A stretch of DNA of 64,000 nt, from the NCBI GenBank assembly GCA_013239625.1, contig MU053881.1:4051957-4115956 (forward strand). Direction: 5' to 3'. Under the pieces are notes generated by a model, which did not search any database, had not been told where the DNA came from, and saw only the letters and a list, made by a program, of their open reading frames with translations. Both the position numbers and the translations under genes were made by a program. The stretch comes from Lama guanicoe. Its lineage: Eukaryota. Every line of letters begins with the position of its first letter. Within the stretch, counting starts at the first letter, position 1. Below, in pieces: positions 63,225-64,000 of the stretch.

Positions 63225-63342
63225 GGGGAGAGGGCAAAGCTCACTGGTAGAGAGTGTGCCTAGCATACACGAGGTCCTGGGTTCAATCCTCAGTACTTCC
63301 ATTAAAATTAAAAAAAAAAAGGAGAGAGGTCATCCTTTAAAA
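63225..63342 (+). mobile_element. vic-1-type SINE with atypical 3' tail
   Basis: A/B-box head; 17 bp TSD aaaatgatgtaggtgaa (63208-63224) / aaaataatgtaggtgaa (63343-63359). Confidence 0.9.
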
Positions 63343-63619
63343 AAAATAATGTAGGTGAAACATTCAACATTGTGCCAGGCAGGTAGCAAACATGCAATCA
63401 ATGCTTTTTAAATTTTATGACCCAACAATCAGAGAATAATTAAGGGCCATGCATTCAACATCCAACAGAGCTGTGCTCAATGGACGTGAATGGAAAAAGT
63501 GAAGGAACCGTGGCCACTGGTCTCTGTGTCTCGATTCACAGTGACTTACTGCTGCCCCTGGATTCCCTCCCAGCCAGGAAGCAGGGTGCACAGGGAAGCA
63601 GATGGACGCATACTGTAAG

Positions 63620-63735
63620 CAGGACACACTTGGGTTCCAAATCCAGTTTCATGAGTCACCTGCTGTGTGACCTTGGCTGGGTGGAGGACCTCTTAGATCT
63701 CTGTATCTTCTCACGTCTACAGGATGGCAACAGTG
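63620..63735. mobile_element. MIR
   Basis: 'tgggttccaaatccag...tgctgtgtgaccttgg...ctctgtatcttctcacgtctacaggatgg'. Confidence 0.65.
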
Positions 63736-64000
63736 ACAGTCCCCTCCTCACAGGGCGGGGTGAGGATGGTCGGGGCAGGAGCATGGGACTGGACCGTGGT
63801 GATGTGAGCTAACAGCAGGAGAGACTCTGGTCCTGTCCCGCTCTAGGAATGGGGCTTCCCGAGGACCTGGCGAGGAGCAGGAAAGAGAGTCAAGGAGGAA
63901 AGGAAGCAAGAGAGATGGAGGCCCCTCACACAGCATGAAGGGGCCCGGGTGGGGAGTCAGCATCATACCAGAAAGAGAGAGAGGAGAAATGAGATCCCTT

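Noticed and set aside
2402..63342. tRNA-like A/B-box sequences as tRNA genes
   Set aside because: All carry AT-rich tails, most have TSDs, and they are diverged, so they are SINE copies.
1..64000. Assignment of a host gene or chromosome, or of a novel multi-gene system
   Set aside because: No exon was recognised; the remaining short ORFs look like chance frames in GC-rich or repeat DNA. Synteny needs a BLAST search I cannot run.

Overview
Repeat-rich, apparently non-coding mammalian genomic DNA, most likely camelid (alpaca/vicuna/camel). The species call rests on six tRNA-derived SINE insertions of the vic-1 type and cetartiodactyl-type L1 3' ends. I recognise no protein-coding exon, RNA gene or processed pseudogene. 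The only recognisable protein remnants are L1 ORF1 (7967-8125), L1 ORF2 (19087-19730) and an L2 endonuclease fossil (~28000-28640). Much of the window is L1, L2, MIR, MaLR/ERVL, ERV1-type solo LTRs and DNA transposon fossils, many with readable target-site duplications (TSDs). The most striking large structure is two ~2.2 kb near-identical tandem duplications (3351-7787 and 9970-14256), each with an N-gap that the sister copy fills. There is also a displaced 137 bp patch and a 173 bp tandem. Four of these junctions carry one untemplated 'a', which points to haplotype/gap-filling assembly artefacts rather than biology. The best biological candidates are an RFX X-box/ETS/GC-box cluster (57400-57634), a FOX/octamer/AP-1 composite (16449-16467), a chimeric young-L1/old-L1 insertion (34986-35470) and a TSD-flanked L1 5'-end-only insertion with a CTCF core (6811-8123). 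I found no convincing novel biological system. Repeat subfamily names come from recalled consensus sequences, not a database search, and boundaries of old repeats are approximate.
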